The notes beneath the pieces are model-generated. The model saw nothing but the letters and a program-made list of their open reading frames with translations, ran no database searches and had not been told where the DNA came from. Shown here piece after piece: positions 48,263 to 61,988 of a stretch of 64,000 nt of DNA. Position 1 is the first letter of the stretch. Every line of letters starts with the position of its first letter. Source of the DNA: Stegostoma tigrinum. Taxonomy: Eukaryota. The stretch lies in contig NC_081375.1 of NCBI RefSeq assembly GCF_030684315.1, positions 13,987,581 to 14,051,580 of the forward strand, written 5' to 3'. The translations under genes were made by a program, and so were the position numbers.

Positions 48263-51200
48263 CTATATTGAAAAAGAAAAATGGTAGTAATAAGCATTTT
48301 TAAAAAAGGATAGCCGGGATATATTGCACTCTCAGTCAGATTATAGAAGTACAGCAGATGACTTGGTAAGCCATGTCTTTCTACCAGTAGGTTTAACTAG
48401 GGGCATAAGCTTTAAAAATTCAAAAACAAGAATCAAAAATCGAAGACACAAGTAGATAGGTATTCCAATAACTTGCTTTCATTTGTATACAACTATTTAT
48501 ATTATTTCTGTACTTCTGACATGTGTAACATGCTATGTAATAAATCCAACTCTGCCATTATGTGAAGAAACCCAAAAATGCCTTTTTGAATTAATATTGA
48601 ATGCCGAAGGGAGCAAAAGATAATCAAACCAAACCTTTGGGAAAAATGCGGAAAAGCCGCCTGAGCCCCGAATAGACAATTTTTCTTTGTAAGAAAGGAT
48701 AACAGTATTATAACTAAAGTATTGTACTCTGCAGAAATCACAGTTTTAGAATGGAATTTACTTTCTTAAACTGAGAAGATGCTTAATACATTTTCTCCTG
48801 TATAACATGATGTTATACTGAGCCATGTCAAATCGAAGAGTTATTCATTCTAATCCAGTTCAGTAATATGCTGGTCAATCCTAGCCAGCTGATGCAAGTA
48901 GTTCTAATAAATTTAGGGAGTGGATTTAAAAAAAAAGACAAGTAAATTTATCAGGAAGACATTCTGATTGCTACCAGTGACCCTTTGCTGGAAGCACTTG
49001 TCAGACACTGGCAGCAGCTGCTCATTTTTTCAAGGTCACAATCATGCATTCATCACCCAGACAATAAACAGAAATGGTTCCTTGAACAAGGCACTGGTGA
49101 GCTTATGTCACAACAGAAATGCATTGCAAAGAGTTCTGTTAGCAATAGCATTAGGGAAAGTACTATGTTTTATCCTCTGTGGCTTGGACCACTCAGGTCT
49201 TTTACCATATCCGAATAGTTACACAGGTTGGAATTTGCCAACTCAGCACAAACCAAAAGAATTGACAAGAAACTTACTTGCTGTCACGATTGCAAGGTCA
49301 GTATTTTGGCTGGCTGTCCAGCAATCACAGCTGCAATTACATCAAATGTCTGCATTGAAGTAACACTGCAACTACCTTCTCCAGATCAAACAGTACACCT
49401 CATTATTGGTACTCACTTGTACTAAGAAATGGCATTACTAATTTGAGTACTGAAGCAGGTATGAGCAAATCTACTGTGTCAAATCTTAAAGTTGCTCTTA
49501 AACTTGCTCTCAAACCACCTCAAGCATGACAAATGGGTAGTCCAACTATAGACTGCCTGCCAGACTGAGTACTGTCTTTCTGAAGACAACAAATCTTGAC
49601 ATTAATTCCATGGGACACATCTCATTCTTTGATATTGTTGCATCTGCGACTTGTTCAAACTACAAACCAAAAATTAAGCTTTAAAATTGTGACTCAATCT
49701 GAACTCCAGCAAATTCTTTTGCCTGGGGCACCTTGAGTGATAGAAAAAAACTGCTAACCAACATCACAGCAGCTGCTGATCATACAAAATCTGTTCACTT
49801 TGGAATTCCCAGGACACAAACTGGTTATTTTTAAACTTGAAATTTGTGAATGAGATACAATGCATCCAATGTGCGATAAATGAATCTTCTTCAAATCAAT
49901 AATTTCATAATGTTGTACAGTCATAAAACTATCGGGTAACTAGATTATATTATACACACGATACTTGCTGATCGTTGAAAGTAAGGAGGGTGTCATAGTG
50001 ACATATTTAACTCCTTACATTCAATGATCAGCAAGAACACCAGCACATGTTCTCATTGCTCTTTAAAAGCAAAACTGAAATATTGCCAATTTAGGGCAAC
50101 AGAAGAAAACTGAAGGAAGCAATGATGAGACTATGTGGAAATATCAGTTGTGTCTCCCAGTTCAAAAATACAAAAGGATGAAGTGTTCATTGTTATTTTC
50201 CTTCATAACATTTGGTAATTCAGATAAGCACTATTTTTCTTATGGTGACCTGCAATTGTGCGGACCCTTTGCTGCTTAACAAGAGTCACTAATAACATAG
50301 CGACAGCATTCTATCCAATGTTACTGTTATAGTCACATCAGTAGGTTGAAGAGCTTAATCCTGACATGTGTATATTACTGCACAGACACACATTGCACTA
50401 AATATTAGCAAAGGCAGGTAGTTATGTTGCTTGTCAGGCTCCTGGCAGCCAGTTCTTGCAATCTGTAGCATTAAATTCATCTAAATCAGCGCAGCAGGTG
50501 GGTTGCCATCTAAGTTTGCTAGTCCCCAGATCTTTCCGGGTATTGGGGTTAATAATATAACATTTCATGAGGGCCTTTAAAGGCCCAGACACGATCTGAC
50601 TACAAATGGCACAAATCACAAATGCTTCATAAATGAAAGCCGATAATAACACAGTTATTGTGTTCATGAATTAAATGTGCACAATTTTAAGAGACTACAA
50701 AAAAACTCATTAGATACAGGAAGCTCATTTCTTTAAACAGTTTCCACAGATCTCTCATAACATTACCCACAGGTCTATACAAATGGAGATCTCCTTGTTG
50801 ACTCCAGTGGCCAATTCCTAACTTTATCTCTGATCACAGAGCCTGAATTCAGACTCAAGTCATAAGGTCATTGTGTGCTAACTCCCCATTAACATGGTGA
50901 TAAAGCTGCTGATGAGAAACTTTTGCCTCAAAGCCAGTAGTTAAACAGCCAAATCAATTAAAAAAAAACACATTAGCAATATAAGAAGTCATAAAATCCA
51001 TGTAAGGGAACCGTAATAACAAAAGTATTTAACAATATTTCAAACTTTAAAGGCAACAGAAAAACTATACCAGTTGTTAAATTCTCCATTTTCAGATAAC
51101 AGCAGAACTAAAGTTTTGTCAGCTTCGTGGTCCAATATTTTAACCTGACATGGCTCAATATAATCTGAATGTTTCCCTGCACATGGAAAACACGTACAAA

Positions 51201-53254
51201 TCCAGAGGCTGCTTGACTGGAAGTCAGGAAGTAGTTGGTGTCAGGATGAAGGATTGTATTTCTGTAATGTTAACCCATCTGCACTCTCCACTTTTGCCAA
51301 CTAGGCAAAAGTTTTAACAGCATTCTGTCTTTGCTTCTGAATCCGTGCCCTTTGCATTTGCTCTTTTATAATGCTATTTACCTTTACAGGGCTTGTAATG
51401 GAGTCACTGGTATGTGGCAGTGCAGAAAACATTTCTGCAATCATGTGGCAGATAGTGTTCCATCTTTTAACATTCATTTTAGAGAAGCCTTTGCAGAAGA
51501 TATGACAACAGAAAATGAGTATTTTTTGAGAAGGTTATCCAGCTTTGGAAGCAGAGGCCAAAGCATTCTAGAGGACCACCTCAGCCTCTATATTCTGTCA
51601 TGGGTGGTGGAATTAGCCGCAAGTGACAAAGTGGTTCAGTGGTATCATGATAAGTGTCAGAGCATCTGCAAATACTGCTGCACTATGTAATCATTCTGAA
51701 AGGGTTATTGTTAACATTACATCGGCTACAGCAATTCTCCTGATGTCTCTCACAGTTGATTTCACTGTGTTACGAAGGAATTCTACTTGAACTTTCAGAA
51801 GTAGTAAATACCAGGTCCATATAGTCTTAATAATTTTGCCTGACCAAATAGATCTTGTTGTTAGCTGAGACCAATGCCTCTTCTGTGTAGTTCCTACCAC
51901 AGGTCAACAGATTAGTCCACGCCAAAGCCAAGGAAAAGGAGGACTTGTGGCAGCAAATTACAGCAGACAACTTTTACTCAGTGTCACATATCAATACAAA
52001 TGGAAAATACACAAAGTACCTGAAGTGGTCTGCTGAGAAAAATCACATGGTTTCAGTGGTGCAGATCTGACCCACACCACACAGGATAATTCAGAAGACC
52101 CAGAAAACAATACCAATAAAGTGTATTATTGATTTAAGGCATAGACACTAACAGCTGACACAATTATTGATAAAAATTCTGCTTGACCTGCTGAGTGTGA
52201 CCATAAATGTCAACCTCAGCATTTGAAAGGGATAACTTCATTCAGAAGCTGGTAGGAAGCACTGGGGCAATACCATAGGTTAGGAAAAGAAAGAAGAGCT
52301 AGCCATATTTAGAAAACACAGAGGCTTTAAAAGCAAGCTCTAACTAGAGCAACGCAAGGCTGCAGGGGTAACATGAGACACCCCCATGGGAAAAGGGAAT
52401 AACTATGAAAATAAAACAGCAAAAAGACAAGAGAAGGCAAGGGTGTAAAGACTGTTCATGCTTCTCACAGCAAACAAGATTTTTGGGTCTACAAGGTGCA
52501 GCTACAAGGAACAGTGAAAGGGCAAATGAAAAACAAAAAAATTAGACCAGCTACATAATCAAGGCGGCCCCAGAATTTATCAAAGCTGAAAATGAACAAA
52601 TTTAAAGAAAACTAGTGAAAGAATGTAGCAGGAAAAAAGATAAAATTAAGGATTTAAAAAGAACCATTACTTGGTCATCAAGCCACAACTTCAGTAGGAT
52701 GATTTAGAAAAGCCATAGATAGACAACTTTATTTAAAAATGCGTGTAGCAAAGTACCTGGTATTTCAGACAGTGAAAGACAGGAAGAAGTCCACTTTGCT
52801 AAGGAGGAAGCAGGAAAATGCCAGCTTGGCTGCAGAAGGTGGGAAAACCCTAGAGGAAGCAGGTGGCCACCATTTTGTTCTTTTGAAACAATTGGGAAAA
52901 CCCTGAAAGTGGCAGGAAAATATCCAATAAGCAGCGCAGAGATACACTATTAAAAGAAACTGAATTTTGAAAGCATTATACAGAAAAGTCAGGCAGAAAA
53001 TTAAAGCTTTAGTGAAGAATTCAATTCAGTATTTCTGAAATAGAGTTAGAATAGTAGCAATTAAAGGAAACGCTGCAACACTTCTGAAGTACAGAATTTA
53101 GCAAACTCTGCAATCATTCAATTTAAAATAGCATCGGTGAGTACAACAATTCAAGATTAAAACACTTGAAATTATACAAATTTAAAATACCTTTATAGTA
53201 ATAAGATTAACCAGCACACTGAGAAGAAATGGAATAAATACTTATTCTTTCATT

Positions 53255-53360
53255 AATGGGTTGTGGGTGTCACTAGCTCAGCTGGCATTTATAACCCATC
53301 CCTAGATGACCTCAAGAATGCAGTGAGCCACCTTCTTGAACTACTACAGTCCATGCGCTT
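53255..53360 (-). mobile_element. 3' end of the old LINE family (as at 62510-62600)
   Basis: gtcactagctcagctggcatttataacccatccctagatgacctcaagaatgcagtgagccaccttcttgaactactacagtcc. Confidence 0.55.
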
Positions 53361-53399
53361 CCTAGTGGATTCAAGGTCAGTTAAAGACCATTCAGGACG

Positions 53400-54900
53400 C
53401 AAGATGGCCTTCGTGAAGATGATAAGATACAGGATTATCTCAAAACCGAAGTTTGACGAATTAACACATTACTCTGATTACAAATGACATTACCAGATAA
53501 AATATCAAAGAGAGTAAAGACACTTTTGAAGTTGTTCCAGAATCTTTTGGAAATTACTTCTATTTAATACAGCCAAGGTTTAACAATAGAATTCATAATC
53601 CAGGAGAGTCTGTGGACAATTTAGTTACTGATCACTGTCGGTTGAAAAACCGAACATGGAACTGTGAAATCTGAATTCACAAGAGATAGAAATGTCATCA
53701 CTGAAATTCTGGATGAAGCTTTGTCAGTTTTCATACAGACCAAGATAGATTTAACTTCGGAGAAAGCAATTCAAATTGTGAATGATGCAGAAATCAGAAA
53801 AACTCCAAACAGATCCTGAGAGAAGACCAGTTCTACCTAGAGTGGACAATTGATTATTTCAGGTTAACAGGGTGTAGAGCTGGATGAACACAGCAGGCCA
53901 AGCAGCAACAGAGGAGCAGGAAAGCTGATGTTTCAGGTCTGGACCCTTCTTCAGAAATTTCTTGGCCTGCATGTGTTCATCCAGCTCTACACCTTGTTGT
54001 CTCAGATTCTCCCGCATTGCAGTTCCTACTATCTCTGATTCCGTTAGATTTATAGGTTGTGGGCAAGCTAAGTACACAACAAGCCTGCACAGAGAACAAG
54101 AAAAATATTGAATGTCAAAGATATCAATGTCTGCGCCAGGGATCACAAGCACAGAAAATGGCTAGTCACAACTAAGGATTGTTATATTTGTAAAACTGAA
54201 AGTCACTTCCAGATGATGTACAGAAGATAGATAAAATTTCAGAACAGACGACGTTCTAGTAGTCGTATAAGTACAGAGGTCTACACAGTAGCACAGTCAC
54301 CATTGAAGGACGTGTCTGTATTTGATGAAATACCTCCACTAGTGAAGACACCTGAGGTATTCCTATGTAAACTAACTAATCCAGACAAGTCAAAAGAGCC
54401 AGAACATGTCTGTGCCAAATGAACATCCTGTTGATTTTGCGCTTCATTCAGGTCAAAGGAGAAAGTAACCAGTTGCCATGGGTGAAAAGTTTCAGCCTAC
54501 AGCAATGAGAATACATGACACAGGTAAAATAATTCTATCAGAAGCATAAGAATGGCGCAGGCTACATGATAATACAATGCACGAGGAGTCGAAAACTTGT
54601 ACTTCGTTCACAATTAACCAATTTCATTTTTAAGGCTGCAAGCATGTCTTGACTTGAACCTTATCAGACAAGCTGTAGGAGATCAACAACTTCTCAGAGA
54701 ACAACTGCCCCAAAAGCAAACAGCTGTCCATATACTGGTCAACCAACAAACAGTTATTGATCAACCAGTCAAGAATGAAGCTGAAGACTTCAATGGGCTT
54801 CCAAACCTCATGCTGGAACCTAGGCAGAAGAAACATCCCAATGGGATCACATACATGGCATCAGGGAGCTCTTCAGCATGGTACAGGAAGTCACCAATTT
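53400..54900 (+). mobile_element. Possible very decayed Gypsy gag/pol remnant
   Basis: gag-like DEALS..DLTSEKAIQIV..AEIRK near 53710-53805; no long ORF. Confidence 0.4.
53866..54038. mobile_element. Short fold-back PLE-derived insertion
   Basis: Arms ggtgtagagctggatgaacacagcaggccaag / cttggcctgcatgtgttcatccagctctacacc, plus tail; the left arm ends at cccttcttcag. Confidence 0.85.
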
Positions 54901-55134
54901 CAGTGTTCTGACATCGTAAGGTTAATTAACTAAGCTTGCCGGATGTACAGTACTGTAGATCAATCTTTGAATTATTCTAAGTTCGTACTATTTGTGACAA
55001 CTCGAAATCATCTGTGGCTTTAGAAAAATACACAAATCTAAACATGTTAGTTGATTTGTTTTCACTTCTAAAGAATACATTATATAGAGTTTATGAATTT
55101 CAAAATCTGAAGTCCATTAATATTCAATAAGGTG

Positions 55135-55765
55135 GGAAATGCTTGAAACACTCAGCAGGTCAAGCAGAATCTACAGAGAAAGAGTTACCTTGATATTCTT
55201 CAAAGCTGGTGAAGGTTTGCAATCGAACAGGCTACAACAATGCACAGAACCTAGGATGCACAGAAGGGAGAATAGGCTACAGAATAAAGGGAAAGATCTG
55301 TCATAAGGTGAAAGGCAAGTTTGTTTAAATCACAAAAGCAAAGAAATAGAATGGGAGTTGTGTGTGTGTTTGTAAATGGTAACAGCAGAATCATCACAAG
55401 CCAGGGGAATGTTCTAAAGTTACTGAATTTATCCTTTAGACCTGAAAGCTACATAATCTGCCTAACCCAAAAGATGCAGTATTGTTTCCTGAGCTTCACT
55501 GGAAATGTGTAGGCAGCCGAGGAGAGATCAAAGAGTTTGCAGAAAGGCTTTCGGTATTTTCCCCTCTTCCTCCACAGCCATGCTCCTAAATACCAATTAC
55601 ATTTCCCTCTTTTGCACTTGCTGATAAACTGTTACATCTGTAAGCTTTCCCAATTCTCCTGAAAAGTCAACCTGAAACATCAAACATCTCTACAAATGCC
55701 TGTCTAACCTGTTGAGTATTTCCAGCATTTTTCCTTATTGTGGATATCCAGCATTCGCCATATGT
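55135..55765. mobile_element. Old fold-back PLE remnant
   Basis: gaaatgcttgaaacactcagcagg ... acctgttgagtatttccagcattt arms around a decayed GIY-YIG C-terminal-like piece. Confidence 0.55.
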
Positions 55766-55839
55766 TGATGACTGCTAAAATGATAATTTAAGCAGTGGCC
55801 TCTTTAAGATCTGCCAAAATCAACATTTCTGGAACGCTA

Positions 55840-57249
55840 GATAATAAAATGTGGGGCTGGATGAACACAGCAGGCCCAGCAGCATCTCAGGAGCACAAAA
55901 GCTGACGTTTTGGGCCTAGACCCTTCATCAGAGAGGGGGATGGGATGAGGGTTCTGGAATAAATAGGGAGAGAGGGGGAGGCGGACCGAAGATGGAGAGA
56001 AAAGAAGATAGGTGGAGAGGAGAGTATAGGTGGGGAGTTAGGCGGGGGGGGATAGGTCAGTCCAGGGAAGACGGACAGGTCAAGGAGGTGGGATGAGGTT
56101 AGTAGGTAGGAGATGGAGGTGCGGCTTGGGGTGGGAGGAAGGGATGGGTGAGAAGAAGAACAGGTTAGGGAGACAGAGACAGGTTGGACTGGTTTTGGGA
56201 TGCAGTGGGTGGAGGGGAAGAGCTGGGCTGGTTGTGTGGTGCAGTGGGGGGAGGGGACGAACTGGGCTGGTTTAGGGGTGCGGTGGGGGAAGGGGAGATT
56301 TTGAAGCTGGTGAAGTCCACATTGATGCTATTGGGCTGCAGGGTTCCCAAGCGGAATATGATTTGCTGTTCCTGCAACCTTCGGGTGGCATCATTGTGGC
56401 ACTGCAGGAGGCCCATGATGGACATGTCATCTAAAGAATGGGAGGGGGAATGGAAATGGTTTGTGACTGGGAGGTGCAGTTGCTTATTGCGAACCGAGTA
56501 GAGGTGTTCTGCAAAGCGGTCCCCAAGCCTCCGCTTGGTTTCCCCAATGCAGAGGAAGCCACACCGGGTACACTGGATGCAGTATACCACATTGGCAGAT
56601 GTGCAGGTGAACCTCTGCTTACTACGGAAAGTCATCTTGGGGCCTGGGATAGGGGTGAGGGAGGTTGTGTGGGGGCAAGTGTAGCATTTCCTGCAGTTGC
56701 AGGGGAAGGTGCCGGGTGTGGTGGGGTTGGAGGGCAGTGTGGAGCGAACAAGGGAGTCACGGAGAGAGTGGTCACACAACCAGCCCAGCACAGTTCGTCC
56801 CCTCCCCCCACTGCACCACACAACCAGCCCAGCTCTTCCCCTCCACCCACTGCATCCCAAAACCAGTCCAACCGGTCTCTGCCTCCATAACCTGTTCTTC
56901 CTCTCACCCATCCATTCCTTCCACCCCAAGCCGCACCTCCATCTCCTACCTACTAACCTCATCCCACCTCCTTGACCCGTCCGTCTTCCCTGGACTGACC
57001 TATCCCCCCGCCTAACTCCCCACCTATACTCTCCTCTCCACCTATCTTCTTTTCTCTCCATCTTCGGTCCGCCTCCCCCTCTCTCCCTATTTATTCCAGA
57101 ACTCTCATCCCATCCCCCTCTCTGATGAAGGGTCTAGGCCCGAAACGTCAGCTTTTGTGCTCCTGAGATGCTGCTGGGCCTGCTGTGTTCATCCAGCCTC
57201 ACATTTTATTATCTTGGATTCTCCAGCATCTGCAGTTCCCATTATCACT
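55840..57249. mobile_element. 1.4-kb fold-back PLE of the young family (minus arm 55840-56773 with GIY-YIG, plus arm 56774-57249 with tail)
   Basis: Same sequence family as 35112-40009; TSD atttctggaac at 55825-55835 and 57250-57260. Confidence 0.94.
57122..57151 (+). ncRNA. Minimal hammerhead ribozyme motif (the partner at 55902-55931 has GAAA mutated to AAAA)
   Basis: ctgatgaagggtctaggcccgaaacgtcag. Confidence 0.72.
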
Positions 57250-58154
57250 ATTTCTGGAACCCTTCTGAGTTCTTTGGCATGCAGTGCTGCAGAAGTTTTC
57301 ATTATATTCAGCAAACACAAGTAAATCTTGTAAACAATCATTTGTAAGTGTTTCCATGAAATTTTCTGCTTCATTTTCTTTCACAGCCCCATAAGCTTTG
57401 GTGAGCCCATGTTCCATGACAGAGATTTAAATGTAAATAAGCAGTGCAGGTACTAATGTTGCAAACATCATTTGCGACCATTGCATGTGGCTGCAGTGGC
57501 CTGGATGTCTTAAACCAAAAGGGCAGTAATTTTACTTGCTGGACTCTTCATATTTGCTTTGGCAACATGCATAACTTACAAACTAGCAAAACCATTCTAT
57601 TGGCAGAACTCACACCTCTGGGTTCTGAGGCTAAGGAGACAGTACAACAAGCAAGGTTCTCGGTGCATGAACTAGATTAATATTTTAGCATGAAACTGGA
57701 GGACTGCAAAGTCTGAACGTCTTTTATATCAGGCAAAGGTCTGGCTGACCTAGTGGTCAAGCTGGACACTAAAAGATCTCATTTCATTGCTTGAAGAACA
57801 AACATTATCTGAACAAATTAATCTTCCACACAAATGTGACTCCAAAACAAAAAGAAATCCACCTGTAGTTTACCTTACCAATGTCTTACCACAATTGCGA
57901 GAAAGCATTCCAAAGGCTATTTACCATGAGACTATGTGAATTTACAAGCACAGACAATACTACATGAAAATCGTTTTATCATCAGCAAATGTCACATGAC
58001 AAAATCTGCCCTCCAAGTAAATGGGACAGCCTCACAATAATGAGACCAGAGGATAAATGGTAGGCCAGCAAGAACAGTCAATAGCATCCACAAAAATTAC
58101 TACCAAGTAAAGCATACATCACCATTTTCTCAGGATCCATTTGTACTTAAAATA

Positions 58155-58430
58155 CAAATACAGAAGCTTAATCACACGTATCAACACGTTCAAGAACAGG
58201 TTCTTCCCCACTGTTTTCATACTGCTGAATGGACCTCTCAAAATTTCAAATCTAATGTTGATCTTACTTTTGTGCAGCTCTTCTGCAGCCATAAGCTTGT
58301 ATGCCTCACTGTCTAAACACCCTACAATCTATTTGTCCTTGTATGTTGTTATGACCTGCTCGCACTGCACGCAAAACAAAAACTTTTCACTATACTTAGA
58401 TACATGTGGCAACAATAATTCAAATCAAAA
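58155..58430 (+). mobile_element. Rex1/Babar-type LINE 3' end
   Basis: KYRSLITRINTFKNRFFPTVFILLN followed by 3' UTR and caaatcaaa tail. Confidence 0.65.
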
Positions 58431-60699
58431 TTTCATCAAGCTTTGCTTCCCTGCAAAAGCATCCTTCTGAATTTTGTCAATATAAAGGCAATTCCTCAGG
58501 TGTGAGCTTTCACTGCCAAGTGGTTATATAGTAAATGTGGGCAAGTTGTCCAACTCTGGATGAAGGATCGCTTTATTTCAGCATCCACAAATTTACGGGT
58601 CTCTGACAGCAACTCAGAGTTGCTACTCTGGTCAATAATTCTTCACTCTAATCAAACACGTGTAGGGCCAAAACAACTGCATTGATTAAAGCTCATTTGC
58701 TCAGTTCAAGCTGGAAGCTTCTAGTCCTAATGCTGTAACAGAAGCCTTATACAAAAATCATTATAGACGTGCATTCTACACTTAGTCTATGCTGTCGCAA
58801 AGAATAAACACTTGAATTAGCTACTAGAAAATGTCTTCTGTAAAATTTTGGCAGCAGCAAGATTTTTGAAAAAAATAAACAGGGAAAGCAAGAAAGGCGA
58901 CAATGGTCGAGGAAGAATGACAGAAGGCCACAAGATAATTGAAAGAAATCCTTCAGGATTGAGATTTGGACTGCAGATTCATAGCATAGTCAAATAAAGG
59001 GAAATAAATATTGACTCCAATGGAACTACTTCCCAATTTGCAAAGCTGAATCACGGGTTTACACAGAAAACAGGAATGGAAAGGTTAAATCTGAACCAGA
59101 ATTAAACTGATGGTTCCTCCCCCTACTTAATCCCAAATTAAACATTCAGGACTAGAACTTCTATTAATATGCAGAAAATGCAAGGAAGCTGACAATGAAC
59201 AATGCATGTGTGAAGGAGCTCACCTAAACTTTCCTGAAATCACACTGCTTGGTGCATCCAGCCCGTAAAAATGACACAAGCTACTTTACAGCACCTCCAC
59301 CAAAGAGGAGAATGGATTTGTTGAGCTGAACAGTCTGATTTTGTACTGAATATCCTATATTATTATAGAGTTGGTTCAAAGTATTTTAATTTAGCAGTCT
59401 TCTACCACCACATATCCAATTACATTCCAGTGTAAGACAATTCAAAATGTCACAGCAAAAAAAAAATCACACTATGAAAGATCAAAAGAATGTAAACATT
59501 GAAAAGTTTTAAGTATGAGAGCATACACTTTGGGTTAAATCAGGCCCTGAAGTTTTTTTTAAAATGCACTATTTTAATTAGTAACCACCTTGCTCTATTC
59601 ATAGCATCCTAGCTCACTAATGTAACAGAGAAAGCAATTATTTTGTTTCCTATCTCAAAGTTCCTGAATAACAAGTTCTAAATAGCAGAGTGACTAATTA
59701 ATAACGGTACGAAGAAAACTTTCACGATCTGTATGGATTTAACCTCTACTGGAACTATTGATTTAGCAATTTAATGGCATATTTTTGTGCAACAGATCTA
59801 TTTGCAAACAGTCCAAACATTAAATGGCGGAGAACGGGCACCGTACATAAAAGATCAATAAATTGGCAACTGCTTTATAAGCATTTTTGCGAATTACGAT
59901 TAGCTCGTATTGCTAGACTCTGATTTACAGTGATAAAGAACCTATTACATACGCACATAATTAACATCCATAATATATTAAGACCAGATTTCAACTAGAA
60001 ACTAATTTAATTTATTTACTTAATTATTATTACTTAATTTATAAGCATATTGATTGCCTTCTGTTCGATACGAGAACAAAAAAAATCAAAGTTTCAGTAA
60101 TAATTGCTGGTGGTATAATCACTGCATTCAAATGGTTAATTTCAACCTTTAATGTCACAAATCGAAAACAAAGATATGGTTTTGCTTATTTAATTGACAA
60201 TTAGCAGGTCAGAAAAGTGCATCAAACCTTACTGTTAGAACAAATTTTTTTCTTCATTGAAATAATTCTGGTGTTTCCGAATAATGCTGAACATTTCACT
60301 GCAACTTTCAGAGTAAAAGCAGGCTTGACATTCTAAGTTCACAGGGAGTAAAGAGGCACATAAAGCAATATCAGGAATTAAAACGGAAAATAAAATTAGC
60401 AGAATGACACAAACTACTCTACAAGAGGTCTTAAGGATCAGTCCTAGTGAATAATCAATACATACAGGTTCTGAACTGAAATAAAGCAGAGAATGCTGGA
60501 GCAATTAAGCAAATCTGAAATGCTTGCTCATCACAGAAGTACAATTTCTGTCCTCATGTTCCCTTTAATTACTTGTAATTCATTGGATGTAACAATATTT
60601 CACAAGAAGCCATGAATTAGTTTTTCACACAAGGAATGATGGGCTCCACAACATGAATTTAAGTTTCAAAAAGAGGAAAAAAATGATGAAGAAATACTT

Positions 60700-60925
60700 A
60701 AAGATAGTAGGAACTGCCGATGCTGGAGAATTTGAGATAACGATGTGCAGAGCTGGATGAACACATCAAGCCAAGCAGCATCAGAGGAGCAGGAAAGCTG
60801 ACATTTCGGGACTAGACCCTTCTTCAGAAAAAATGAAGAAGAGCCTAGACCTGAAACATCAGCTTTCTTGCTCCTCTGATGGTTCTTGGCCTGTTGTGTT
60901 TGTCCAGCTCTATACCTTACTATCT
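60700..60925. mobile_element. Short fold-back PLE-derived insertion with two outward-facing degenerate hammerhead cores
   Basis: ...tttcgggactagacccttcttcag aaaaaa tgaagaagagcctagacctgaaacatcag...; tail on the left; TSD atgaagaaatac at 60686-60697 and 60926-60937. Confidence 0.88.
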
Positions 60926-61004
60926 ATGAAGAAATACAGTTTGCATTTTAGCGTTACATCTTGCCCTTAGTTTTTTTTGTCTTCCCTGAAACTTTGATCC
61001 AGTC

Positions 61005-61140
61005 ACCAGTTCTGACAGAAGATAAATCTGAAATGTGAACAATTCTTTTCTTCATAACATTGACTGACTGATCTGCTGAGTATTTCTGGCACTTTCTGCT
61101 TTTAATTCAGATTTCTGGTATCTGCAGTATTTAGCATTTG
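61005..61140 (+). mobile_element. Old PLE-derived single arm
   Basis: ttctgacagaaga..ctgaaatgtgaac...ctgatctgctgagtatttctggcactttctg...cagatttctggtatctgcagta. Confidence 0.55.
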
Positions 61141-61988
61141 TATCTCACAACCATAATTAGGCCGAATGCCTCTGTACCACGTTAGCCATTATTTTAAATG
61201 GGGAATTATACACAATTATACAAGGGATATATTCACAAGCTTTGAAAATCACATAGGCTCAGGTTGTCATTTAGCTTATTTAATTGCTGGAACTGATTCC
61301 CAGTGATTACTAAAATCAAATATACGTTGTCTACTAATGGCCTTCAATGCCAGCTACAATGTAAACTCTACAGATTTCACTAAAAATACTTTGACAAACA
61401 GATTCTGAAAGGTCACATATGGATGTAACAACAGTTATACTGAGTTTTTACTTAGTTGTCCTAATAATGAAGAAATCATCAGGGCTTGCTATTATTACAG
61501 GAAAAACTGACAGCAATATCTGCCATTGGCAGTTAAACACAGAAATCCATGATGACCGGCACCTCCACAGGTTACACTTTTGTAATCTTCATCAATGTAG
61601 TCTGCAATTTGAAATGCACATGATATTAATAGAAACTGGCTACAGTAGTACACAAGCAAATATATTATCTTATTAAAAAAGTAGCTCTGAAAACACAGGA
61701 TTTTCCAATAACTTATTACAATTGCAAATTAGCACTTTGAAGACAACTGCATTTCCTTCAACTGGCTAATTACAACAAAAAAAATCCATACTCTGACACT
61801 AGTTCTTAAAATGGACTTGATAATCTGTTAGCAATAATTAGTCTTCAAACAGGACCTCTAATTGGCATTGAGAGGTTTACACAAGGCTTCCACAAGGTTT
61901 ATTTTATGCCCATAACTATTTCTTAGATACATTATGACAAACTAAAAACTGCACTGGAACAGTCAAATTAAATAACGAAAACATTAAC

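Noticed and set aside
56165-57061. 298-aa ORF as a novel chimeric nuclease gene
   Set aside because: It crosses the inversion junction (antisense pLTR fused to GIY-YIG), the YIG motif is mutated to CIG, and there is no evidence of expression.
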